51,216 bases of DNA, taken from the NCBI GenBank assembly GCA_000388065.2, contig KB932217.1; one strand, 5' to 3'. A program made the translations under genes and the position numbers. The first letter of the stretch is position 1. Each line of letters opens with the position of its first letter. Origin of the DNA: Fonticula alba ATCC 38817. Lineage: Eukaryota > Protista > Nucleariida. Under the pieces are notes generated by a model, which searched no databases, had not been told where the DNA came from, and saw only the letters and a program-made list of their open reading frames with translations. Below are positions 25,201 to 35,661 of the stretch, piece after piece.

Positions 25201-25465
25201 CGCCCGACATCATGCCGCAGTCTACCGCGGCCTCGGCATCGAGGACCTGGCCACGAAGGTCCTGGCCGGCGGCCGGCCCCCGGTGGAGGAGGCCCTCGCC
25301 CGCTGGCCGGCCTCGGTGGCCTGCCCCCTGGAGACCCTGCTGCAGGACACCTGGCAGGAGGACTTCGAGCGGCGGCCGACGGCGCCCCAGCTGCAGGCCC
25401 GCCTGGCCGAGCTGGCCGCCGCCGCCGCCGCCCCTGCCCCCTCCGATGCCGGGACGCCTGTGTAA
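19240..25465 (+). CDS. Receptor-like protein kinase: signal peptide, about 25 furin-like Cys-rich repeats, single TM helix, TKL-type kinase domain (1715 aa)
   Basis: Exons 19240-19381, 19653-23525, 23711-24049, 24223-24283, 24402-24559, 24718-25047, 25221-25465; phases match, total 5148 nt. Signal peptide [23 protein letters not shown]; CHxSCxxCxG..CxxC repeats; [24 protein letters not shown] followed by RGRRR; kinase motifs [39 protein letters not shown]. Confidence 0.92.
19430..19645. repeat. CA/CAAA-rich microsatellite in receptor kinase intron 1
   Basis: ACACATGC, ACACAAAC and ACAAAAAC units. Confidence 0.9.
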
Positions 25466-25859
25466 GATGGCATGCCCCGGCGTGCTTCGCAGGGCAGCAC
25501 GGGGCGGCGCCGGCGCACCAAGTCCAGCGGCCGGCAGACTCCCTGCCCTCTCTCGCCGAGCCCCATGCCTTCCCCCTTTCCTGGGCTCCTCCCTCCGCGG
25601 CCGCGGGGGGAGGGGGGGGGCGGGGGGGGGCGAGGCGTGTCCTCCATCCGCCCGGTGGCCCGGGACGAATACACATATTCCTGCCTCGCCCAGCCGCGTG
25701 CGTGCGCGCGCGCGCGCCGAAGCCGGAGGTTGAATGAAGAATCCACCAACCCCCGGCTCTGTGTGGCTCTCTCCCCCATGCCCCCCCGCCCCCCTGCTGC
25801 ATGTGTCTCCCCGAGGGCGCGGGCGTGCGAGAATGGCGGCGCGCCCAAAAAAGGGGGTC

Positions 25860-25930
25860 TGCGTCGACCGGGAATCGAACCCGGGTCTACCGCGTGGCAG
25901 GCGGCAATTCTACCACTAAACCATCGACGC
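25860..25930 (-). tRNA. tRNA-Gly (GCC)
   Basis: GCGTCGATGGTTTAGTGGTAGAATTGCCGCCTGCCACGCGGTAGACCCGGGTTCGATTCCCGGTCGACGCA; downstream T6. Confidence 0.97.
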
Positions 25931-26720
25931 TTGGGGGCCAGCCCTGGGCCACGCCATTTAGCCGACCGCGTTGACGGGTCCGCCGGCACCTCCCCCAGAC
26001 GACAGTTGGCCCCCGGGCACCGGGGGGCGGGGGCGGGGGCGGGCGGGCGGAGAGAACACACAGGCATGGGGCTCGAAGAATGAAGGCCGCGGTGTGTGTG
26101 CTTCTTTGGCCCTGCCCCGGGCCCTTTTGGGGGGGGGGGCGGACCCCGGGACACCCCGGCTGGCGCTGAGTCCCCGGGCCCCTGTGCCTGATGCCGGAAC
26201 CATAGCACAATATCGCGCGGGCCATCGCCCCCCCGTGCCCCGGGCAAGGGGAATATATGGCAAATATTTATCCACCCGATATATGCGCGCCGGCCACCGG
26301 GCCCGGAGGCGGGGTCAAGCCCGGCCCATGCGCGGTCGGGCGCCGGAGGCCCTGCGCAGGGGCTGGCCGGCAGCTGACGGAGGAATGCGTGCCCGCCCGG
26401 CGCACCGCTCCCCCCGCCCTGCCCTGCCCTGCCCTGCCCTGTGCCGGCTGCCCGGGCGATGGACACGCGGGCGGGCGCGCCGGCGCCGGGCATGTTAATA
26501 CCCGGGGGGTATCATCCGGCCGCTGGACGTGCTCGCCGTGCGCGCCGTCCGCCGGGCCCCTTCTCGCCGTGCGCCCCAGTCGCGCCGGAGTCACCCCCGG
26601 CCGGGGGCCCACCCCCCCTCCCGGGCACACTAGTCACAGCCTTGTGCGGGTCTGCCAGCGGGCTGCATGGTTTCTCGCGAAGTCCCCGCCGCCGCGCCTT
26701 CGCCCCCCCCCCCCCCCCCC

Positions 26721-27560
26721 NNNNNNNNNNNNNNNNNNNNNNNNNNNNNNNNNNNNNNNNNNNNNNNNNNNNNNNNNNNNNNNNNNNNNNNNNNNNNNNN
26801 NNNNNNNNNNNNNNNNNNNNNNNNNNNNNNNNNNNNNNNNNNNNNNNNNNNNNNNNNNNNNNNNNNNNNNNNNNNNNNNNNNNNNNNNNNNNNNNNNNNN
26901 NNNNNNNNNNNNNNNNNNNNNNNNNNNNNNNNNNNNNNNNNNNNNNNNNNNNNNNNNNNNNNNNNNNNNNNNNNNNNNNNNNNNNNNNNNNNNNNNNNNN
27001 NNNNNNNNNNNNNNNNNNNNNNNNNNNNNNNNNNNNNNNNNNNNNNNNNNNNNNNNNNNNNNNNNNNNNNNNNNNNNNNNNNNNNNNNNNNNNNNNNNNN
27101 NNNNNNNNNNNNNNNNNNNNNNNNNNNNNNNNNNNNNNNNNNNNNNNNNNNNNNNNNNNNNNNNNNNNNNNNNNNNNNNNNNNNNNNNNNNNNNNNNNNN
27201 NNNNNNNNNNNNNNNNNNNNNNNNNNNNNNNNNNNNNNNNNNNNNNNNNNNNNNNNNNNNNNNNNNNNNNNNNNNNNNNNNNNNNNNNNNNNNNNNNNNN
27301 NNNNNNNNNNNNNNNNNNNNNNNNNNNNNNNNNNNNNNNNNNNNNNNNNNNNNNNNNNNNNNNNNNNNNNNNNNNNNNNNNNNNNNNNNNNNNNNNNNNN
27401 NNNNNNNNNNNNNNNNNNNNNNNNNNNNNNNNNNNNNNNNNNNNNNNNNNNNNNNNNNNNNNNNNNNNNNNNNNNNNNNNNNNNNNNNNNNNNNNNNNNN
27501 NNNNNNNNNNNNNNNNNNNNNNNNNNNNNNNNNNNNNNNNNNNNNNNNNNNNNNNNNNNN
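26721..27560. other. Assembly gap (N run) flanked by poly-C
   Basis: Run of N in the sequence. Confidence 1.
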
Positions 27561-27668
27561 CCCCCCCTCCACTCCCCCCGCCGCCTGCCCCGCTCCGCAC
27601 CCTCGCACGCACGCGCGCGCCAGACGCATGGCACCCTCGCACTGCCTTCCCACACCTCCCCTCCCGAC

Positions 27669-29086
27669 ATGATGACCGCGGCCGGCGACGGGCCGGACGC
27701 CGGCGCCGAGCCGGCGCATCGGAGACCCCGGTCGCCGCCACCGCCGCCACCGCCGGCGCCGGCCTGCACGACGCCGGCGGCGCCCCCCCGGGCGCGGCCC
27801 AGCCGGCCGGCGCCTCCCCCCCCGGCCCAGCCGGCCGGCGCCCCATCTCCCCTCCTGGCCCGCGAGGAGGACCTCTTCTCGGAATGGGCCCCGCCGACGG
27901 CCGGCCCGGCGGCGGCCCCCGGGTCGGCGGCCGGCGCTCCCCCCTCGGCGGCCGACGACTTCGTCCTGCTGCAGCTCCTCGGGTCCGGGTCCTCCGGGCA
28001 CGTCTTCCGGGCTCTGCACCGGCCCTCCTCCTGCCTGGTGGCCGTCAAGCTCGTGGGCATGGACTCCTTCTCGGACCCGGGCTCTTCCCTCCCGGCGGCC
28101 GGCCTGCCCCCGGCCTACTCGCTGCCGGTGGACTCCATCGGCGGCTTCTCCGACGTCCTGCGCGAGGTGGCCATCCACCGCATGCTCAACCTCCCGCAGG
28201 TGGTCCGTCTCCTGGGGGCCTATACCATCTCCGGCCCGGTGGCCTTTTGTACGGACTTCCCCGGCGTGGCCGGCTGCTATGACCGGCCGCTTGCCGTGGA
28301 GTACCGCTCGGTCGGCGTGTGTGTCATGCTGGTCATGGAGGATCTCTCCTGCTCCGCGCAAGACCTGGTGCGCTACATGCGCGCACACGTGCCACAGGGC
28401 TTGATCCCCTTCTCTCCCCGCCCCTCCCCCCTTCGCTTCACCTGACCGCCCCGCCTCCGGTTTCCCCCTCCCCTCCGGACTTGCTCGCTCCCTGTGCCCG
28501 GTCCTGCCTCCTCCTGTAGCTCTCGGCCGGTGGTCCGCTCAAGGAAAGCGACATCGCCGCCATCCTACGCGAGACAGTCATCGGTGCGCGCCTGTTTTGC
28601 GGTGTTCCATTTGCCGCCGGCCCGCTCGCCGCTCCCCCGCCCCCTGACCATCCCCCCTGCCCGCCGCGTGCCGCCACAGCCCTCGACTACCTCCACAGCA
28701 ACCAGATCATCCATCGCGACGTCAAGGGTGCGCACACACCTCCTCCGGCCCGGCCTCGCCGACCCCTCTCGCCAGGCACACTCACCCTCCCCTCGGCACT
28801 TGGCCCCCTCCAGCCTCCAACATCCTCCTCTCGGCCGACGGCGCCGTCAAGCTGGCGGACTTCGGCGTGTCGGTGGACCTGGCCGCCTCCGGAGCGCCGC
28901 CCCCCGAGGCGGTCCCCAACACCGGGGCGGCGTCGGCCCCGGCGGCCGTGCGCCGCCACCGCCGCCGCGCCGGCTCCTTCGTCGGCACCCCCTACTGGAT
29001 GTCGCCCGAGGTGGCCCGGCTCAAGTCCTCGCCCGGCACCTACAGCGAAGCAGTGCGTGCCCTTGCGTCCCCCCCCCCCCCCCCCC

Positions 29087-29133
<47 letters not shown>

Positions 29134-32100
29134 ACCTCACCACCCACACGCCCTCACCTCCGCCACGCGACTCGTCGCCCCGCAAAAAAACAACAAACCG
29201 GCCGCCGCTGGCCGACCTGGACCCGGCCGCTGCCCTGGCCCTGATCGAGGGCGGCGTGACGGCCGCCGTGTCGGCCGCCGGGCCGCACCACCACCCCGGG
29301 CCCGGGGCCGTCGGGTCGCCGGTCCCCGGGGCCGGGGCCATCGGGTCCCCGGCCGCCGGGCCCGGGGGCGTCCCGCCCTCGGCCGCCGCGCACCTGGCCG
29401 CCGACATGCACCACCCCTTCGCCGGGCCGGGCTCCATGGGGCTGGGCCCGATGGCCGCCGGCCCGATGGGCCCCGGCAGCGGCGACCCCGCCGACCGGGT
29501 CTTCTCCGACCGGTCGCTCGATCTCCCGGCGCAGGCCCTCTCGCCGGCGGTGCGGCTGTCGCGCACCTTCCGCTCCTTCGTGGCCGCCTGCCTGGTCTAC
29601 CAGTCGGAATGGGTATGCCCCCGCCGGGCCTTCGCACCCCCCCCCCCCCTGCCTGCCTGCCTGCCTGCCCTTTTTCCTCCCCCCCCACACCGCCGGTCCT
29701 GACACACCCGCCAAACGCCGGGCCCCGCACAGCGCCCCTCCATGCGCGCGCTCCTCTCGCATCCCTTCCTGAAGCGGGGCCGCCTGCTCGGGCGTTCCAG
29801 CCGGCCGCCGCACCCGGTCCCAGCGGACTTGGCGCACCATGCGCCGGCCTTCGGGGCCTCGCTGTCCCGGCCGCCGGCCGGGGTCACCCCCCTGGCCATG
29901 GAGCCCCTCTTTTCCGTGCCCTCCGGCAAGCTCGGCCGTCTGGTGCAGCTGCTGGCCCGGCCGGGCCACTCGCTGGCCCTCGGGGAGAGCGCCGCGGCGG
30001 CTGCCCGGCCACCGGCCCCGGCGCCCCTGCCGGCCGGCGGCGCCCCTCCACCGGCCGGCCAGGCCGGCGCGGGCCTTCCCCCTGCCGGCGCGGCGCCCTC
30101 GCTGGCCAGCGCCTCCACCTCGGCCATGAGCATCATCTCCGAACGCGAGGAGGAGGAGGAGGAGCAGGAGGATGCCCCCAAGGCGGCGGCCCCGGCCGTC
30201 GAGGCCCCGGCCCCCGAGCAGGCCCCCCGGTCCGCCGCCAATCTCACCATCCGCTCGACCCTCCTGGAGTCCCCGCCGCCGGGCCTCGCCGACACCGGCC
30301 CCAATGGCGATGCCACCCCATCCGCCGGGCACGGCCTGGCCGATGGCCCGCCCCTGTCCATGGCATCCAGCCCCCTGGCCCTCTCATCGCCGGCTCTCAT
30401 GATCACCAGCACCGCCGCCGGGGCCGGGGCCGCCTCGGCCGTCGATGAGCGGCCCCCCTCGCCCTCGCCCCTGGGCCCGGCCCCGGCCTTCGATGATGCC
30501 CTCGCCGGGGGGATACCTCCTCCCTGCGGGGCGGCTGCCGATGCCCCGGGCCCGGCCGAGGCCGATGCATGCCCCGGGGCCGGGCCCCCGCCAGGGGCCG
30601 ACGTCGGCCCCGGCGGCCCGGGCGCGGGCCTCCTGTCCCCGGCGGCCTCGCTCCCGGGGTTCAGCCTGCTGGCCGACTCGCCGGAGCTCCTGCTCACGGT
30701 CGCCCACGAGCTGGCCACCAGCCAGCACGACGGGGGGCCGGCCCACCTGCTGCCCCGCCGGCATCATGCCCCCCCGCCGAGCTTCTATCCCGGCACCTTC
30801 CCCTTCGACCATGGGCGGGGCCCGGCCGGGGGCCCGGGGCCCGGCGGCAGTCGCCGCCCCCGCGACGGCCCGCCGGCCGCCACGATGGCTCGCCCGCTGG
30901 CGGCCGGGCGGCCGTCGGCCACGGCCGGCGACATCCCCGGCCTGTCGGCCGCCCCGGCGGCAGGGGTGTCCACCAGCCGGGCCCTCTCCTTCGACCTGTG
31001 GATGCAGGCCCTCCGGCCGGCCCTCCGGCGTCTGAAGGAGACCGTCAGCTCGCCGCACCTGATGTCCGTCAATGCCATCTACTCGCTCTTCGAGGAGATC
31101 TCCCTCCGCGACCCGACCATCATCGGGGCCCTGGTGGAGCTGGTCTTCACGGCGGTCGTCTCGTCGGAGGGCCTGCTGGCGGCCCTGTGGTCGGTGGTGC
31201 CGGCCGTCGGGGGGCATGCGCCGGCCGCCGGCGGCCCCGCCGCCGGCCCCGGGCCCCGGGCCCCGGTCCCGGCATCCAGCTCCTTCCCCGAGGCGCTGCT
31301 CACCGCGCAGCACATGCACCCGGCCCGGGGCCCGGCCCCCCCCGGCGGTGCCGCATCCCACGGCCCGCACCAGTTCCACACCTATGCCTCGGCCAAGGAC
31401 GCGCGGTCGACTTTCGGGGCTCGCAGCGGCGGCGGCGGCGGCGGCGGCGGCGCCGGGCGCGCCTTCCTGCGCGCCCCGCACGCCATCCCGGCCGGGCCGC
31501 GGACCCCGCAGACTCCCCCCCATGGCCGCCACCCGCACCCGCACCCGTACCACCTGCAGCCGCCGCCGCACTCTCCCTACGCGGTTCACCACCACCCGCA
31601 CCACCATCCCCACCCGCACCACCCGCACCACCCGCACCACCCGCACCACCTGCACCACCCGCACCACCCGCATGCTCTGCAGTCGTCGCCCATGCACTCG
31701 CACCTCGGCGGACCGGCCGGGCCCGGGGCCGGCGCGGGGGCCGGGGCTGCCGCCGCCGGGCGCCACGCCGCCGGCCCGGCCCCCGGCCAGACATCCCCCC
31801 ACCAGTTTGCCCACGTCTACCGCCGGCGCCAGCAGTCCCTGACGTCCTCTTCGCCCTGGCTGGCCGCCGGGGCCGGGTCTTCCGGCGGGTCTTCCTCCTC
31901 GCCGGTGTCCGCGGGCGGGGTGTCCCCGTCGCTGGTGTTGCCGGGCCCGGCCGCGGCCGCGGCCGTCGCCGGGTCCGGCTACAACATGGCCCGGCGCAGT
32001 TCGGCCGGGCCCTTCCCGCCGGGGCTCAATCCGTCGGTGACCGCCGCCCTCGGCGGCCTGGCGGGCGGCCACGGCCCGGGGGTGCCGCCCCTGGCGGCCT

Positions 32101-34536
32101 CGGTCAGCGCCTCGGCCTCGCTGTCGTCGCTGTCGTCGCTGGGGCCGGCCGGCGGCGGCGGCGGCCTCCCCTCCGACAGCCTGCCCCCCCCGGGGCCCGG
32201 CCAGCCGGCCGTCCGGTACTGCGGGACCTGGTCGGCTCCGAGCTCGGCGTCCCCCTCGGGGCTGGCCCCGCCGCCGAATGCCGCGGCCCCTGGCCCCGGG
32301 CCGGCGATGGTCGGGTGTTTCCCGGGCCCGGGCCCGGGCCCGGGCCCCGGGGCCTGGTCGCGGTCCTGGTCCACGCCGACCCCCTCGCCCTCGGCCTCCA
32401 GCTGGCGCCTGGCTCCCTCCCCGATGGCCGGGACCACCGGGGCGGATGGGGCCCCCTCGGCCGGCACCCCGCCCGGGGTCGTGGTCCCGGGGCTGTCGAC
32501 GTCCGATTTGATCGGCGGGCCCTCGTCGCCCAAGCCCCCGGCCGGGCCGACCACGCCGCCCTCGCCCTCGCGCTCGGCCGACCTGGGCTCCCACTGGCCG
32601 GCGGCCGGCAGCCTCGCCGGCGCCCCCTCGGCCGCGGGGCTGATCCCCGGGCTGGCGGCCGGGCCACATCCCGCCGGTGCGGGCTTCCACCCCGGTGTCG
32701 GCGGGGGCGGCGGGGGCGGCGGCCTGGGGCCTCCCTCCCCGCGGTCGTCCCTCGCCGCCGATGCGGCGCCCTTCTTTTCGTCGCACCGGCCGCGGCCGCA
32801 CTCCATCTCCCTGCTGCCGTCGACCACTCCCCCTCGTACGACCTCCGCGCCCTTGCGATCCGGCTCTCTTTGTCGCTCTTTGTCGCTCTTTGTCGCTCTT
32901 TGTCTCTCCTTGTCCCTCTTTGTCGCTCTTTGTCCCTCTTTGTCCCTCTTTGTCCCTCTTTGTCCCTCTTTGTCCCTCTTTGTCTCTGTTTATCTCCCCC
33001 TCCCCCTCCCCCCCCCCCTCTCTCTTACTCCTCCTCCGTGCATCGCTGACCCCCATCCCCCTCGCGCCGGCATTGCCCCGTGCCCCAGACATCATCCCCT
33101 CGGCCGCGCACTTCGCCGGCGGATACTCCCCCTCGGCCACGGTCGCACCGCCCCCGGTCCCGGGCATGGAATGGCACTCGTCTGTGGCGCGCGTGCGCTC
33201 CGCCTCGCAGTCCGAGTCGCTGGAGTATGGCACCCCGACCACCGGGCGTGCCGGGCCGGCCCCCGGGCCGCGGTTCCTCACCCTCCGCCGCGAGACGGCC
33301 GGTGGCCCGGGCACCGCCTCTTCGTTGGCCTCGTCGCCGCCCTTCCTGCCCCAGTGCGTTGGCCCCTCTTGCCCCTCTCACGGCCCCCCCCCCCCCCCCC
33401 CCCCCCCCCCTCTAAACAGGCATCCGACAGTGCGGTGCCCCCCCCCCCCCGCCACTCACGCCTGCCTGCCCATCCCCGGGAATCCGCCTCTTCCTTGCCT
33501 GGCCGGCAGAATCTCGCCCCGTGGCGGCTTGCTGCCGGGCAATTCACCCCGATCGCGACCGATTTCGGTGGCCAGCGGCCTGCGCCCCGGCACCGCCACC
33601 TCGCCGAGCTCCTCCTCGCCTGGTGGTGCCGCGGCCGGCGGGACCCCCACCCTCGGAGCCGGGCGCTTCAGTTCCCTCTACCGGCCGCGTAGCGTGGATC
33701 CGGTGGGCGGCGAGCCGCTGGCCGGCCCGTTGCCCACATCGGCCTCGGCCTCGGCCATCGTCAATGTCGCGGCCCCGGTCCCCACGGCGTGGCCCCCGCC
33801 GCCGGCTTCCGCCGCCGCCGCCGCCGCCGCCGCCGGCACGCTCATCACCTGCGACGATGTCGACCAGGCCGACAGTCATGCGGCCGCGCCGCCGGTCGCC
33901 GGTCCTCCGACCATGGCCGATACGGGTCCGGATGCCGGCGCCGCCACCCCCCCGGCGGCGCACCCCCGGCGCCAGGCCAACGCCTCGCTCACGCGCGTGG
34001 CCAAGCCCCCCCCGCCGCTGAAGATCTTCCCCGGCGACTTCGCCATGGGCCTGCCCCGGTCGCTTTCGTCGCCCGGTCACGATGACAGCCCCTCGCCCAT
34101 CCCGCCCCCGGGGTCGTCGACCGCCTCCCCGCGCGCCGGGCCACCGGCGGGCCCTCCCCCCTGTGCATTCTGCGAGAGTGTGCGCCTGGCCGGCGCCAGC
34201 ACCACCCCGGCCGGGTGCGTGGCTTGTGCCGGGGCCGGCCCGGGCCGCGATGCGCCGGCCGCCCCGGCCGCCGCCGACCCGTCGGCCTCCACGGCCCCGG
34301 TCCGCCACTACTCCCACCCCCACCACCTGCAGCCGCTCTTCCCGCACTCCTTCCAGGCGCCGGGGCCCGCCGGCGGCACGACCACCTGCCGCGATGTGAT
34401 GGACTTCCCCCCCGGCGCCGGCGCGGTTGCCATCTCGCCGCTGGTCACCTCGCACCCGCACAACGCCCACCTCCAGCTTCACACCCGCGCGACGACGGCC
34501 CTCCGCCCGCCGCCGCCGGCCCACCCGAGGACATAG
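27669..34536 (+). CDS. STE20-family Ser/Thr kinase with very long low-complexity C-terminus (about 1950 aa; subdomain IX not found)
   Basis: Exons 27669-28388, 28520-28583, 28680-28727, 28814-29052, about 29199-29612, 29733-32835, 33089-33353, 33510-34536. Motifs [31 protein letters not shown], the STE20 signature [35 protein letters not shown]. Confidence 0.88.
31521..31674 (+). repeat. His/Pro-rich coding repeat in the STE20 kinase tail
   Basis: CACCCG/CACCAC units encoding HPHPHP...[29 protein letters not shown]. Confidence 0.85.
32866..32990. repeat. Decamer tandem repeat (TGTCCCTCTT/TGTCGCTCTT), about 12 copies, in a STE20 intron
   Basis: Seen directly, inside intron 32836-33088. Confidence 0.9.
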
Positions 34537-34754
34537 AGCGCATGCGCGAACATGCGCGCGCGCGCCTCCTCACCCCCCCCTGTATATTATCCCCATGTCT
34601 CTCTCTCCCCCCCCCTGATACACATCCTCCCTTGTTTGACTTTGACACCGTTCCCCTGTTGTCGGCATTTGTCCACACGGGCCCGGCGCGTGCACATGCG
34701 ACCGGCGGCAGGGCAGGGGGAGGGGAAGCACGCAGGAGTGGGCGCGGCCGCCTG

Positions 34755-35483
34755 TCAGGCCTTGTCATCGGGCGGCGGGCAGGCCTCCACCGGCAAATTC
34801 AGCGTGGCCCACAGGTTCAGGCCCCCCTGCAGGGAGATGGCCCGGGTGAAGCCCGCATCGCGGAGGATCTGCGCCCCGGTCAGGGACCGCACGCCAGCCT
34901 GGCAGCTGACCACGATGGGCACCTCGCGCGGGGAGATCCCCGGCTCGGCATGGCTGCTGCTCAGGGGGAAGCCCCGCTGGCGGGCGTGCTCCCGCACCAG
35001 GTCCAGCATCAGCTGCCGGTCCTGGAGCTGCTCCATGCTCAGCGGCACGGCTCCCGGCAGCCGGAGCGCCTGGCGCGCAGGCATCGGCCGGACGTCCAGC
35101 AGCAGGGCCTGCCACGGGCCGTCATTGTGCAGCGCCGCGCGGGCCAGGAGCGGGGTGATCTCCGCCGGGGCCGGCTCCGCAGGCTCCAGCAGCTGGTCCA
35201 CCGCCGCCAGGCTGAAGTACCGATGCCGGTCGTGGAACTGCAGCAGGGCGTGCTCCAGGGTCGGCAGGCTGGCCGGCTGGCCGGACGGCCCGGCCGCCTG
35301 GTCGGCCAGCTCCTCCACCGCGTCGGCGTAGTAGCTCTCCAGGGCGTCGACCGTGCGCGGCACGGCCGCCTCCGTCCACGGGGCCAGGCTCCCGGGCGAG
35401 CCGCTTGCCGAGGAGAACCCGGCCGCCGCCGACCGTGCCGTGAGCCCGGCGAGCGAGCGCCCAGCGCGCATGGCAGCCTTCAT
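34755..35483 (-). CDS. Rhodanese-domain protein (242 aa), presequence-like N-terminus
   Basis: Single ORF from ATG 35483: MKAAMRAGRSLAGLTARSAAAGFSS...LLLDVRP...RLPGAVPL...IVVSCQAGVRSLTGAQILRDAGFTRAISLQGGLNLW. These are the rhodanese DVR, xPGA, catalytic-Cys loop and L.GG...W motifs. Confidence 0.85.
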   Translation of the reverse strand: MKAAMRAGRSLAGLTARSAAAGFSSASGSPGSLAPWTEAAVPRTVDALESYYADAVEELADQAAGPSGQPASLPTLEHALLQFHDRHRYFSLAAVDQLLEPAEPAPAEITPLLARAALHNDGPWQALLLDVRPMPARQALRLPGAVPLSMEQLQDRQLMLDLVREHARQRGFPLSSSHAEPGISPREVPIVVSCQAGVRSLTGAQILRDAGFTRAISLQGGLNLWATLNLPVEACPPPDDKA

Positions 35484-35493
35484 GCCCGTCGAG

Positions 35494-35528
<35 letters not shown>

Positions 35529-35601
35529 CGGCGGGGGGCGGGGGGGGAGGGCGGGGAGGCAGGGAGCAGGGGGGGGGAGTGGGGTGGGGGGGGGGGGGGG
35601 G

Positions 35602-35634
<33 letters not shown>

Positions 35635-35644
35635 GGGGGGGGGG
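35494..35644. repeat. Poly-G tract (poly-C on the minus strand) between the PP4R1-like stop and the rhodanese start
   Basis: About 150 nt of almost pure G. Confidence 0.9.
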
Positions 35645-35661
35645 CCGCAGGCACGGCGGGT

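Noticed and set aside
26190-26290. AT-rich patch upstream of tRNA-Gly as a possible ncRNA
   Set aside because: No recognisable RNA motifs; consistent with promoter-type sequence next to a gap.
30384-33314. 976-aa minus-strand ORF and similar ORFs over the STE20 and PP4R1-like genes
   Set aside because: Antisense shadows; the opposite strand carries the recognisable motifs and splice signals.
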